Translations under genes and position numbers: made by a program
DNA from: Candidatus Fraserbacteria bacterium
Lineage (GTDB): Bacteria > Bipolaricaulota > Bipolaricaulia > RBG-16-55-9 > DRXL01
Assembly (NCBI GenBank): GCA_947085185.1
Contig: CAMTVK010000017.1
Coordinates: forward strand, 68,951 to 132,950
DNA length: 64,000 bases
Direction: 5' to 3'
The notes under the pieces: model-generated
Databases searched by the model: none
What the model saw: the letters and a program-made list of their open reading frames with translations, nothing else
What the model was told of the DNA's origin: nothing
In this document: piece by piece, positions 1-9,537 of the stretch
Numbering within the stretch: position 1 is the first letter of the stretch
Layout of the letters: the number at the start of each line of letters is the position of its first letter

Positions 1-2334
1 AAGTTTCCGCATATCACTGGGCCGGATGAGGGCTTTCATAACGGGATCTTCACGTGGCGCTTCGGCTGGAGCCCCGTCCCCGTGCCCGCTTCCGAACTGA
101 TAGACGGACGCTATATCGCCCCAAGACCGTACTATAAGTTTCTCATGCCCGCGGCTCTGTATGAGCTGGAGCTGACGCTCCCCACCGAGTACACCGTGGC
201 TGCGGGGGCCGATCGCCAAACGGAAGAGCCCCATCCTGAGCTGAAAGGCCAGAAGATCGTGCGAGTCTCTTCGGATGTCCCGGTGCGCTCCATCCCCATC
301 CACATTGGAGAGAAGCTCAAGAAATATGAGCTCACCGAAGAGATCCCCATCTTGGTCTACTATCGTCCAGGGCACGAGGCCAACGCCCGACTGCTCGCAA
401 CCTACGCCCAAGAGATCTTGCAATACTATCAGGTGCACTTCGGGCCGTACGACTATAAGCGTCTCGTCATCGTCGAGTCTTCGTCCGATGGGTACTTTGG
501 CATGGCTGCCGACGGCTTTATTATATTGGGCAGCTCGTTCTTCTTCGAGAAGGACTTGGGAGTAGCGGGGATGCTCGATCGGTTGACAGAATATATCCTC
601 GCTCACGAGATAGCCCATCAATGGTGGGGCATCGGGATCGGGGTAGACTTGAACGCCGAGAATTTTCTCTCCGAGGCGTTTGCGGAGTATCTTGCCATCA
701 CATACTTTGAGGAGAAGTACGGGGAGTTCGGCCCCAATCTCATCCAGATGGAGCGCTCGGGGCTGTTAGAGAGATTCATTCAGTCGCAGTTGGGGTATCT
801 CAATCTGCGTCGGCACTTGAGCGAGTTGCCCTATGTGCTGACGTACAAAGATCGTTTCGATGAAGCGATCATCAAACCTCAGCAAGATGTGCGCTATGCG
901 AACTATAGCGCGGTGCGGCTGTACAATAAGGGCTATCTCGTCTTGCGGGCGTTGCGCGGGCTCCTTGGGCACGAGACGATGAATCAAATCCTCCAAGCAG
1001 CACACGCCCGCTGGGCCCATAAAGTGATCAGTGTCGCGGAGTTTGAGAACTTAGTCGAAGAGATCTCCGGGCAAGATTTTACAGAATTCTTCCAAGCGTG
1101 GCTCCATCGTGACGACGAGCCCACGCTCTATCTCGATTACGCCGTCACCAAGGTCGAGACGATCCCCCTCGAGCAGCGCTCCGATGACCGGTATCTCGTG
1201 CGCGTCACCTTGGAGCGCAAAGGGTCTATCAGCATGCCTGTCACGGTCGTGGCCGTCTCGGAGCTCGACGAGGAGTTCACCTACGTGTATGCGAGCGCTA
1301 AGCCCTCGGAGACTTGGGAGTTCCGCACCAAGCACCCCATCAAAGAGGTGCGCGTCGATCCGAAAGAGATCACTCCCGACGTCAATCGTCTGAATAATTA
1401 TTTCCCTCAGCGGACGCGGGTCATCACCAACGGGGATAACGACCTGCCCTTGGACGCGTATCTCGTTCGCGTGAACCCGCTGGGACAGACAGTCGAGATC
1501 GGTTTCTTGAACGAATATCGCATTCTCATCGCCAACGGCTACGCCGCGGGATGGCTCAATCTTGGGCGTGGGACGGTCGTCTCCGCTGCGGTGGCCCCCA
1601 CGGGGACTGATATCTTCGGGGTGGTGAGCATCAGTTGGCTCTCGTTTGCCCAGCCCAATATAGGCTACCGTGGGGTCTACTGGGTGCCTCAAGAGCGCTT
1701 TGCGCTCACCGTCGCGCGAGTGCTCGACGCTCCGGAGGGGCCGACGGGCCCGGTTCTCCCCGTTGTCTTTGCCGCGTTCGATTACCAGCGCAGCGATGCG
1801 CTCCAGGGGCTCTATGCGCTGGGGCTGTCTCTGCGCCAGGGGCTTGATTTCTCTCAGCTCTCGCTGCAGGGGATCACGCGGATTCGTCTCTGGCCCAATG
1901 TCTATCTTGACGTGGCAGGGGACTTGGGGATGGGCTTCAACACTCGCGGAAGCTTTCGCTTTACTCTGAGCGAACTGAGCAGCTTCAAGAGCGTGAAGGG
2001 CTTCCCATTCACGGATCGGTTCCGGTGGCTGGGGTACGCTGAACTGAACTTCCCGCTCCAGCGCGAGATGGGATACAATCTCTTGAATCTCGCCTTGATC
2101 AACAAGCTCGACCAAGCGATCTACGTCATAGCTGCTCGCACGGCATCGACGTTTGAGAGTTGGCTCAAGGCCGAAGATGCTAAAGTCGAAGCGGGCATTG
2201 AATTTCGCCTGCGCGGCACAAGCATAGGGGGGTTGCTGCCCTTCACGCTGCTGCTGCGCATCAGTTACCCAGTTGTTGGAGCTGCTCGGCAAGAGCAGAT
2301 TCTATCTATCGGTATTGGAGTGGCGTTTGAATAA
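1..2334 (+). CDS. M1-family Zn aminopeptidase with long C-terminal extension; 5' truncated by window
   Basis: HEIAH...E gluzincin motif (AHEIAHQWWG...FLSEAFAEY) and LYNKG motif; frame is open back to base 1. Confidence 0.85.
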   Translation, partial: KFPHITGPDEGFHNGIFTWRFGWSPVPVPASELIDGRYIAPRPYYKFLMPAALYELELTLPTEYTVAAGADRQTEEPHPELKGQKIVRVSSDVPVRSIPIHIGEKLKKYELTEEIPILVYYRPGHEANARLLATYAQEILQYYQVHFGPYDYKRLVIVESSSDGYFGMAADGFIILGSSFFFEKDLGVAGMLDRLTEYILAHEIAHQWWGIGIGVDLNAENFLSEAFAEYLAITYFEEKYGEFGPNLIQMERSGLLERFIQSQLGYLNLRRHLSELPYVLTYKDRFDEAIIKPQQDVRYANYSAVRLYNKGYLVLRALRGLLGHETMNQILQAAHARWAHKVISVAEFENLVEEISGQDFTEFFQAWLHRDDEPTLYLDYAVTKVETIPLEQRSDDRYLVRVTLERKGSISMPVTVVAVSELDEEFTYVYASAKPSETWEFRTKHPIKEVRVDPKEITPDVNRLNNYFPQRTRVITNGDNDLPLDAYLVRVNPLGQTVEIGFLNEYRILIANGYAAGWLNLGRGTVVSAAVAPTGTDIFGVVSISWLSFAQPNIGYRGVYWVPQERFALTVARVLDAPEGPTGPVLPVVFAAFDYQRSDALQGLYALGLSLRQGLDFSQLSLQGITRIRLWPNVYLDVAGDLGMGFNTRGSFRFTLSELSSFKSVKGFPFTDRFRWLGYAELNFPLQREMGYNLLNLALINKLDQAIYVIAARTASTFESWLKAEDAKVEAGIEFRLRGTSIGGLLPFTLLLRISYPVVGAARQEQILSIGIGVAFE

Positions 2335-4748
2335 TGCGCGTCCCGTGTAGATGGCTGACGGAGTTCGTCTCGGTCTCTCTCGAGCAAGCTTTTGTGGAGG
2401 AGCTTGCGGAGCGGCTGACGCTGGCAGGGTTGGAAGTCGCTGCTGTCGAGCGCGTGGGAAGACCTGAGGGCGTCATCGTTGGGAGGATCGTGTCGGTCAG
2501 CCCCCATAAAGGCGCCGACCGACTCAAGATCTGCGAAGTCTCTGTAGGGCGCGAGACAATGCAGTTAGTCTCAGGCGCGCCCAATCTCACGGAAAATGCG
2601 TTAGTGCCGGTCATTCGTTCCGGAGGACGGCTGCCCAACGGGCAAGCCGTCGAGGCCGTCGTCTTCCGTGGCGCACGATCCGAGGGGATGATCTGCTCCC
2701 GCGCCGAGCTAGGGCTCGAAGAGAAATCCTCCGGGGTGTGGATCTTAGAGCCGGAGCTGGGCTGTCAAGTCGGCCACGACTTTGCTCAGTATCTTGAATT
2801 CGATGACTTTATTTTAGTTTTAGAGACAAAATCTAATAGACCCGATGCGCTGAGCGTGCTCGGGGTCGCCCGCGAGATCAGCGCGCTCTACGATCTCGAT
2901 CTGAAAAAGCCAGAGACAACCGTCAGCGAGGGCATGGAGAAGATCGAGTCTCTTGCTTCAGTCGAGATCGAGGACGCGCAGGGCTGCCCGCGCTACGCAG
3001 CTCGTATCTTTAGCGATCTGCGCTGGGGGCCGTCTCCGTTAAAGATTCAGCATAGATTGGTGAAGGGCGGGCTGCGCCCTATCAGTAACATTGTCGACGC
3101 GACAAATTACGTGTTGTTAGAACTGGGGCACCCTACGCACGCGTTCGACTATGAGAAGCTCGAGGGGCACAAGATCATAGTACGTCGAGCGCGCCCCACC
3201 GAGAAGATCACGACGCTCGATGGCATAGAGCGCGCGCTTAGCGTCCATGATTTAGTGATTGCGGACGCGCGCAAGCCCGTGGCTGTCGCTGGGGTCATGG
3301 GCGGAGCCGACAGCGAAGTCTCGGAGCAGACCCACAGAGTCTTGCTCGAATCGGCGTATTTCGATGCGATCTCTATTCGGCGGACGTCCAAGCGCCTTGG
3401 GTTGCGCACCGAAGCCAGCCACCGCTTCGAGCGCGACATGGATCCAGATATTCTCATTGCCGCTTTAGATCGAGTAGGAATGCTGTTGCAGCACTGGGGA
3501 TCGTGCTCTGTTGCGCGTGGCGTGATAGACGTCTATCCGAAGAAGATCGAGCGTCGCGCGGCGGTGCTGCGGGCCGCGCGCATCGAGAAGATTCTTGGGG
3601 TCTCTATTCCCGGTGAGCGCGTGGAAAACATCTTAAAGCGCCTTGAATTCTCTGTCGAGCGCGAGGGGCCTGATCGCTGGCGCGTCGAAGTTCCAAGCTT
3701 TCGAAGAGAAGTGGAACGCGAGATAGATCTCATCGAAGAGATTGGGCGCATCTACGGCTATGAGAAGATCCCTGCGGAGCGTCCGGCGCTCCCCTTGGCA
3801 GCGGGCCGCCGCGAGCGTGTCGAAGAACTCAAAGACAGAATCAGAAAGATTCTCACGGGGCTGGGAGTGAGCGAGGCCGTCAACTTCGGGTTTCTCTCCA
3901 AGGAAGACAGCGAGATCTTTGGAATTGTGGCGAGCGATCTTGTGCAGTTGCGCAACCCCATGAGTGATGAGTCCTATGCGCTGCGGCCGACCCTGTGGCC
4001 AGGGCTGGTCCATAATCTCCAGCATAATGCGTACCAACAAGTCGATGGTGTTCGGCTCTTTGAGATCGGCAAAGTCTTTCGCCGTGAAGGGAGCATGGTG
4101 CGTGAGCGCTTAGCTGTAGGGGTGGTCGTGGCCGGACGTGCCCTGGTGCCCTTGCAGGGGCGCGCGCAGCTCTATGACTTCTATGACGTGAAGGGGATAG
4201 CCGAGACGCTCTTGATGGAGCTTGGGCTGAAGAATTTTTCGTTTGAGCCAAGCCATGAAAAAGCCTTGCATCCCACGCGCCAGGCGCTCCTCAAAGCCAA
4301 AGACGATGTGCTCGGCATTCTGGGTGAGCTGCACCCGGATATCGCGCAGCATTACGATCTGCCCTGGCGAGTGTATCTGCTTGAGATGCATCTCGAAGAG
4401 ATCTACCAACGGTTGCAGACGCTCTCGATGCCGTTATGGTCAGAGGTGCAACAGAAGATAACCCCAAGATATCCTGCGTCACGGCGTGATCTGTCGTTGC
4501 TGGTCCCAGAAAGTGTGCCCGAAGCGCAGGTGCGTCGGATCTTGGAGAGCGAGCGTCGGGTGGAGCGCGTCTTCCTGTACGACTTATATAGGGGCGATCA
4601 GATCCCCCAGGGCATGAAGAGCTTGACGTATGAGATCACGTTCAGGGATTGGAACAAGACGCTCAGCGACGAAGAAGTCCACGAGATGGTCGAGCGCATG
4701 GCCGCACGGCTGCGAGATGAGCTAGGTGTCCAGATCAGAAGGGAGTGA
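2334..4748 (+). CDS. pheT: Phenylalanyl-tRNA synthetase beta subunit
   Basis: tRNA-binding OB domain (SEGMICS..ELG), NRPDALS, REIDLIEEIGRIYGY, C-terminal FDX-ACB (YPASRRDLS); TAATG overlap with upstream gene. Confidence 0.97.
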   Translation: MRVPCRWLTEFVSVSLEQAFVEELAERLTLAGLEVAAVERVGRPEGVIVGRIVSVSPHKGADRLKICEVSVGRETMQLVSGAPNLTENALVPVIRSGGRLPNGQAVEAVVFRGARSEGMICSRAELGLEEKSSGVWILEPELGCQVGHDFAQYLEFDDFILVLETKSNRPDALSVLGVAREISALYDLDLKKPETTVSEGMEKIESLASVEIEDAQGCPRYAARIFSDLRWGPSPLKIQHRLVKGGLRPISNIVDATNYVLLELGHPTHAFDYEKLEGHKIIVRRARPTEKITTLDGIERALSVHDLVIADARKPVAVAGVMGGADSEVSEQTHRVLLESAYFDAISIRRTSKRLGLRTEASHRFERDMDPDILIAALDRVGMLLQHWGSCSVARGVIDVYPKKIERRAAVLRAARIEKILGVSIPGERVENILKRLEFSVEREGPDRWRVEVPSFRREVEREIDLIEEIGRIYGYEKIPAERPALPLAAGRRERVEELKDRIRKILTGLGVSEAVNFGFLSKEDSEIFGIVASDLVQLRNPMSDESYALRPTLWPGLVHNLQHNAYQQVDGVRLFEIGKVFRREGSMVRERLAVGVVVAGRALVPLQGRAQLYDFYDVKGIAETLLMELGLKNFSFEPSHEKALHPTRQALLKAKDDVLGILGELHPDIAQHYDLPWRVYLLEMHLEEIYQRLQTLSMPLWSEVQQKITPRYPASRRDLSLLVPESVPEAQVRRILESERRVERVFLYDLYRGDQIPQGMKSLTYEITFRDWNKTLSDEEVHEMVERMAARLRDELGVQIRRE

Positions 4749-5632
4749 GTATGCTCATCGCGCGTACTATTGCTGAGACGCGCGCGGCCCTCAGCCACGC
4801 TCGCGCCCACGGCAAGCGCATTGGCTTTGTGCCCACCATGGGGTATCTGCACGAGGGGCACCTGAAGCTCATAGATATAGCGCGGCAACACAGCGACTTT
4901 GTCGTGGTCAGCATCTTCGTCAACCCCACGCAGTTTGGTCCTACGGAAGACTTTGCCCAATACCCTAGAGACTTCGAGCGCGATCGCAAGCTCTGCGAGG
5001 CGCGCGGCACAGATCTCATCTTCGCTCCAGAAGTCTCGGAGATGTACCCCGAACGCTCGCTTATCACATTTCAGATTGAAAAATTAGCCGATCATCTCTG
5101 TGGGGCACGGCGACCGGGGCACTTTGCCGGGGTCGTCTTGGTGGTGAGCAAGCTTTTGCATATTATTCAGCCCGATATTGCCGTGTTCGGACAAAAAGAC
5201 GCACAGCAGCTCATTATTATTAAGAGACTCGTCCAAGACTTGAACTTCCCCGTCAAGATTATCGCTGCCCCCACGGTGCGCGAGCGCGACGGCTTGGCCA
5301 TGAGCAGCCGGAATGTCTATTTAGATCCTGAGCAGCGGGCGCAGAGCGCCGTGCTCTATAAGTCTCTGCAAAGAGCTAAAGATCTTATCACATCTGGGGA
5401 GCGCGACGCAAAGAGAGTCATCGTCGAGATAGAACGAGTGATCGCGACGGCGAGTGCAGCCCAGATAGACTATATCGAGATCGTGCGTGTCGCCGACTTG
5501 CAGCCCATCGAGAAGCTAGAGGGGCTCGTTTTGATCGCGCTGGCGGTCTACTTCGGCAGGGCGAGATTAATAGATAATATGATACTCGACGTGAGCGCCC
5601 ACGCCGTGCGCGAGATCCCTGCTCTTTCTTAG
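4745..5632 (+). CDS. panC: Pantothenate synthetase
   Basis: GFVPTMGYLHEGH, SIFVNPTQF, RPGHF, FGQKD, GLAMSSRN, RLIDN. Confidence 0.97.
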   Translation: MSMLIARTIAETRAALSHARAHGKRIGFVPTMGYLHEGHLKLIDIARQHSDFVVVSIFVNPTQFGPTEDFAQYPRDFERDRKLCEARGTDLIFAPEVSEMYPERSLITFQIEKLADHLCGARRPGHFAGVVLVVSKLLHIIQPDIAVFGQKDAQQLIIIKRLVQDLNFPVKIIAAPTVRERDGLAMSSRNVYLDPEQRAQSAVLYKSLQRAKDLITSGERDAKRVIVEIERVIATASAAQIDYIEIVRVADLQPIEKLEGLVLIALAVYFGRARLIDNMILDVSAHAVREIPALS

Positions 5633-5638
5633 AATCTT

Positions 5639-6337
5639 CTATGTATGCTCTCGCAGTGACTCTATAACGAGGGTGATCTCGCCCTTGACCGTTGGGCGCT
5701 TCCGGAGAGTTTCGAGCACTTCAGCTGCCGTCCCTCGCACTATCTCTTCGTGGATTTTCGTGAGCTCGCGACAGAGCGCGATCTGTCTGTCCGAGAGAAG
5801 CTCGCTCATCACTTCAAGAGTGTCGAGCACACGATGGGGGGATTCGTAGAGCACGATCGTTCGGGGTTCTTGGGCAAGGTGCGCGAAAAACTCGCGCTTC
5901 GCTTTGGACTTCTTCGGCGGCACCCCTGCAAAGACGAAGCTCTCGCTAGAAAATCCCGAGACGATCAACGCGGTGATGAGCGCCGTCGGCCCAGGAATGG
6001 GTATCACTGAGATATTCTCGGCGATAGCGCGCCGGACCAGCCCATATCCTGGATCGGAGATCAGCGGGGTTCCTGCGTCGCAGATGAGTGCGATCCGTGC
6101 CCCCTCTTTGAGCTTCTCTATAAAATATTCGACGCGCTCGCGCTCCACCCCACGATATAAGCTGCGCCCGAAGGGCTTTTCAATCCCATAGTGAGCCAAG
6201 AGCTGTCGGGAGCGCCGCGTGTCTTCGGCGATGATGAGATCGCACTCTTTGAGAATCCTCAATGCCCGCAGCGTGATGTCCTCTAGGTTTCCAATGGGCG
6301 TGGCGACAATATACAGAGTGCCGGTTGCATGACTCAC
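5639..6337 (-). CDS. rsmI: 16S rRNA C1402 2'-O-methyltransferase
   Basis: LYIVATPIGNLEDITLRA, AEDTR, DAGTPLISDPG, YESPHR, RELTKIHEE; start moved to GTG at 6337. Confidence 0.95.
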   Translation of the reverse strand: MSHATGTLYIVATPIGNLEDITLRALRILKECDLIIAEDTRRSRQLLAHYGIEKPFGRSLYRGVERERVEYFIEKLKEGARIALICDAGTPLISDPGYGLVRRAIAENISVIPIPGPTALITALIVSGFSSESFVFAGVPPKKSKAKREFFAHLAQEPRTIVLYESPHRVLDTLEVMSELLSDRQIALCRELTKIHEEIVRGTAAEVLETLRKRPTVKGEITLVIESLREHT

Positions 6338-6373
6338 AAGACCATCATAGAATACTGTCGGGAGTCTATGCAA
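6325..6373. promoter_or_regulatory. Overlapping divergent sigma70-type promoters for prfB (+) and rsmI (-)
   Basis: + strand TTGCAT(6325)-17-TAGAAT(6348); - strand TTGCAT(6373)-18-TATGAT(6349-6344). Confidence 0.55.
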
Positions 6374-6383
6374 GGAGGAAGAG

Positions 6384-7455
6384 ATGTTGCAGGAACTTCG
6401 CGATCGTTTGAACCAGATCGCTGATCGCCTTTGACTTAGCTGCACTCGAAGCTGAGCTCAAGAGCCTCGAAGACCAAATGAGTGCTCCTGGCTTTTGGGA
6501 GGACAAGCACCGTGCCAAACTGATCGCTCAACAAGTGGAGCAGAAGCGTCGTATCATCCAGAAATATAAAGCCCTCGAGACGCAGCTGGATGATCTGGAA
6601 GTGCTGGAGGAGCTCGGCAAGGCCGAGGATGACCCTTCAGTCGAGCGAGAAGTTCAGCTGGGCACGCAAGAGTTGGAGAAGCGTTTGGCAGCGCTAGAGC
6701 TCGAAGCTTTTCTCAACGAGCCCTACGATGCGAACGATTGTTATCTGTCTATCAATGCTGGCGCCGGGGGCACGGACGCCCAAGATTGGGCTGAGATGCT
6801 CCTGAGAATGTATCTGAGATATATCGAGCGGCGCGGTTGGCGCGCGAGCATCATCGAAGTGAGCCCCGGAGAGGTCGCGGGGATCAAGAGCGCCACGGTC
6901 GAAGTTCAGGGGCCCTATGCGTATGGGTATTTGAAAGCCGAGCGCGGCGTCCATCGTTTGGTGAGGATCTCCCCGTTTGATGCCAACGCCCGACGGCATA
7001 CGTCGTTTGCTGCCGTGACGGTCGTTCCTAAGGTCGAGGAAGCTGATGTCGAGATTCGCCCTGAAGATCTCAAGGTGGACACGTTTCGTGCTGGAGGCGC
7101 TGGGGGGCAGTACGTCAACAAGACCGAATCGGCCGTAAGGATTACGCACTTGCCCACGGGGATCGTGGTGACGTGTCAGCGGGAGCGTAGTCAACAACAG
7201 AACAAAGAGATCGCGCTCGAAGTCTTAGCGGCGCGGCTCTATGAGCTGAAGCTGCGCGAAAAAGAGCAAGAGATCGCGAAAGTGCGCGGGGAGCTGCGTT
7301 CGATCGAGTGGGGCAGTCAGATTCGTTCGTATGTCTTGCAGCCGTATCAATTAGTCAAAGACCATCGTACGGAGATTGAAGTGGGCAATGTGCAGGCTGT
7401 TTTGGACGGCGAGCTCGATCTCTTCATTGAGGGGTATCTAAGACGGAAGCGCTAG
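6384..7455 (+). CDS. prfB: Peptide chain release factor 2, +1 programmed frameshift at CTT-TGA-C (6429-6435)
   Basis: SD AAGGAGG then ATG 6384; MLQELRDRLNQIADRL then TGA; +1 frame joins the ORF containing SPF and GGQ motifs. Confidence 0.95.
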
Positions 7456-7460
7456 CTCTT

Positions 7461-8234
7461 GTGCTGTTCTTCGCGGCCATTGCCATCGGGTGGGTGGCGA
7501 GCATGGTCGGGGTCGGTGGTGGGATTTTTATGGTCCCGCTACTCGTCTTTTTGAATCTTGTCGGCACCACACAAGAAGCCGTGGGCACAAGCTTGGCCGC
7601 GATTGTGTTTAACTCGATCTCCAGCACAGTCGCCTACTCTCGCCAGAAGAAAATAGACTATAGATTCGCGCTGGCGCTGCTGCCGCTGGCATTGGTAGGG
7701 GCCTGGCTTGGCGCGTTTCTCACGGAGTTCGTCTCGAGTGATGTTTTAGCTATTGCGTTTGGGGCGCTCTTGCTCTATGTTTCTGGGCTGATGCTCGCGG
7801 GGAGGGAGCCCAAAGAGCTGGGGCTCTTGCTGCGGCGTGGCCTTGACCCCCAGGGGAATCCCAAGCCCGCGCTGGGGGCGCTGGTAGGACTTATTGCTGG
7901 GATTGCTGCGGGGTTTTTCGGGATCGGCGGGGGGATCGTGATGGTGCCAGCTATGAATATCTTTTTGGGAGTAGATATTGTCAGCGCTGTTGCCACGAGT
8001 CTCTTTGTCATGGGGCCGTCGTCGCTCATCGCGGCGATCACGCATTTTTTTCAGGGCAATCTTCACATAGATTTAGCGATCCCGTTAGCGCTCGGAATTA
8101 TCATTGGGGCGCAGCTGGGAGCGTGGAGCACGACGAGGGTCTCGAAGATCTTTCTCAGACGATTCTTTGGGGTAGTATTGCTCTACTCGGCGATCAATAT
8201 GATTGGGAAGGGCGTGCGCGGTTTGATATTATAG
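7461..8234 (+). CDS. Sulfite exporter TauE/SafE family membrane protein
   Basis: Two GxGGG repeats (GVGGGIFMVP, GIGGGIVMVP), AVGTSL/AVATSL, about 8 TM segments. Confidence 0.85.
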   Translation: MLFFAAIAIGWVASMVGVGGGIFMVPLLVFLNLVGTTQEAVGTSLAAIVFNSISSTVAYSRQKKIDYRFALALLPLALVGAWLGAFLTEFVSSDVLAIAFGALLLYVSGLMLAGREPKELGLLLRRGLDPQGNPKPALGALVGLIAGIAAGFFGIGGGIVMVPAMNIFLGVDIVSAVATSLFVMGPSSLIAAITHFFQGNLHIDLAIPLALGIIIGAQLGAWSTTRVSKIFLRRFFGVVLLYSAINMIGKGVRGLIL

Positions 8235-8239
8235 ATTCT

Positions 8240-8875
8240 ATGAAAATCGCTATTGACGGTCCAGCTGGGTCGGGCAAGACGAGCGTCGCCCGCACGCTGG
8301 CTCAGCACTTTGGGTGTCTCTTTGTGAACACCGGCGCGATGTACCGGGCTGTGGCTCTTGGGCTCTCCCAAGGGCTGAAACTCTCTGAAGTACAGATAGA
8401 AATCCGCCCCGATGAGCGCGTCTTGCTCAACGGCTCGGACGTCACAGATAAGCTCTATACCCCAGAGATAGATGAACTTGCTTCTCAAGTCGCAGCTCGA
8501 CCTGAAGTCCGAGAGGTTCTCATCGCCCAGCAGCGGGCGCTCGCCCGCGACCGCGACGTCGTCATGGAGGGGCGCGATATCGGCTCGGTCGTCCTTCCCG
8601 ATGCCGACGTCAAGATCTACCTTGAGGCTTCTGTGGAAGAGCGCGCGCGACGCCGCTGTCAGGAGCGCCCCAACCAGCCCTATGAAGACGTGTTGGCCCA
8701 GCTGCGCGCGCGCGACGCCCGCGACGGTCAAGGCTTCGGGCGCTTGCAGATCGCCCCAGATACTCTAGTTATTCGCACTGATGGCCGCACCCTCGACGAT
8801 GTCATTGCCGAGGCCGTGCGGGCCGTGGAGTCGGCGTTGCAGAAGCGGGGACTGTCTGGTAAACTGAACGGGTGA
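8240..8875 (+). CDS. cmk: Cytidylate kinase
   Basis: IAIDGPAGSGKT, TGAMYRA, VMEGRDIGSVVLPDA; start ATG 8240. Confidence 0.95.
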   Translation: MKIAIDGPAGSGKTSVARTLAQHFGCLFVNTGAMYRAVALGLSQGLKLSEVQIEIRPDERVLLNGSDVTDKLYTPEIDELASQVAARPEVREVLIAQQRALARDRDVVMEGRDIGSVVLPDADVKIYLEASVEERARRRCQERPNQPYEDVLAQLRARDARDGQGFGRLQIAPDTLVIRTDGRTLDDVIAEAVRAVESALQKRGLSGKLNG

Positions 8876-9537
8876 ACGCGGCCGAAGCCATCAAGGGGTT
8901 CTTCTACTGGCTCCTGGCACCTGTCTTGGGTGTGGTCGTGCGGGCCTTGTTTCGGTTGCGGGTGCGCGGCCTGGAGAACCTCCCTCAGCACGGTGGATTT
9001 CTCTTGGTAGCGCGCCATCGCAGCTACTGGGATATCCCGCTGCTTATAACTGTGCTGGGCCATCGGCGTCGCATCTACTTTGTCGCGCGCAAGACGCTGC
9101 TGGACGAGAACCCTTTCCTGGCCTTCTGGGTGCGCCACTACGCGATTCCAATCAATCGGGAACACTTTCAGGTGGAGGACTTGCGCAAGGTGCTTGAAGC
9201 CATCAGATCGGGTAAGATCGTGGGGATCTTCCCCGAGGGGACAACTCAGAACCCCCAACGGGCTCATCCGGGGGTCATTCGCTTTGCCGAGCGCACCGGC
9301 AGCGAGTTCGTCGCGGTGCGCTTTGAAGCCCGCGGGCCCTATCCCCCTAAATATCCGTTCCGCTGGCCTCAGATCACAGCATATATTAGCACGCCGTTCA
9401 GCTTGAGAGATTTGGAGTTCGATCTGACCGGGACGGAAAGCCGTCATGAACGCTATCAAAAGCTCGCGGATCTCTTGATGGAGCGTATAGATCGCGTGGA
9501 GCTGGAACGTGCCCCAATATTTCAGGAGGGCCTATGA
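8872..9537 (+). CDS. 1-acyl-sn-glycerol-3-phosphate acyltransferase (PlsC-like)
   Basis: HxxxxD motif (HRSYWD) and IFPEGT; located after cmk. Confidence 0.85.
   Translation: MNAAEAIKGFFYWLLAPVLGVVVRALFRLRVRGLENLPQHGGFLLVARHRSYWDIPLLITVLGHRRRIYFVARKTLLDENPFLAFWVRHYAIPINREHFQVEDLRKVLEAIRSGKIVGIFPEGTTQNPQRAHPGVIRFAERTGSEFVAVRFEARGPYPPKYPFRWPQITAYISTPFSLRDLEFDLTGTESRHERYQKLADLLMERIDRVELERAPIFQEGL

Noticed and set aside
1051..2292. 413-aa minus-strand ORF
   Set aside because: Antisense shadow of the M1 peptidase; no motifs or translation signals
6338..6445. N-terminal extension of rsmI in the ORF track (similar long starts for cmk, tpiA, plsX, cas6, cas3, cas1, cas2)
   Set aside because: The extensions overlap neighbours or promoters; downstream starts fit family N-termini and SD/-10 signals better
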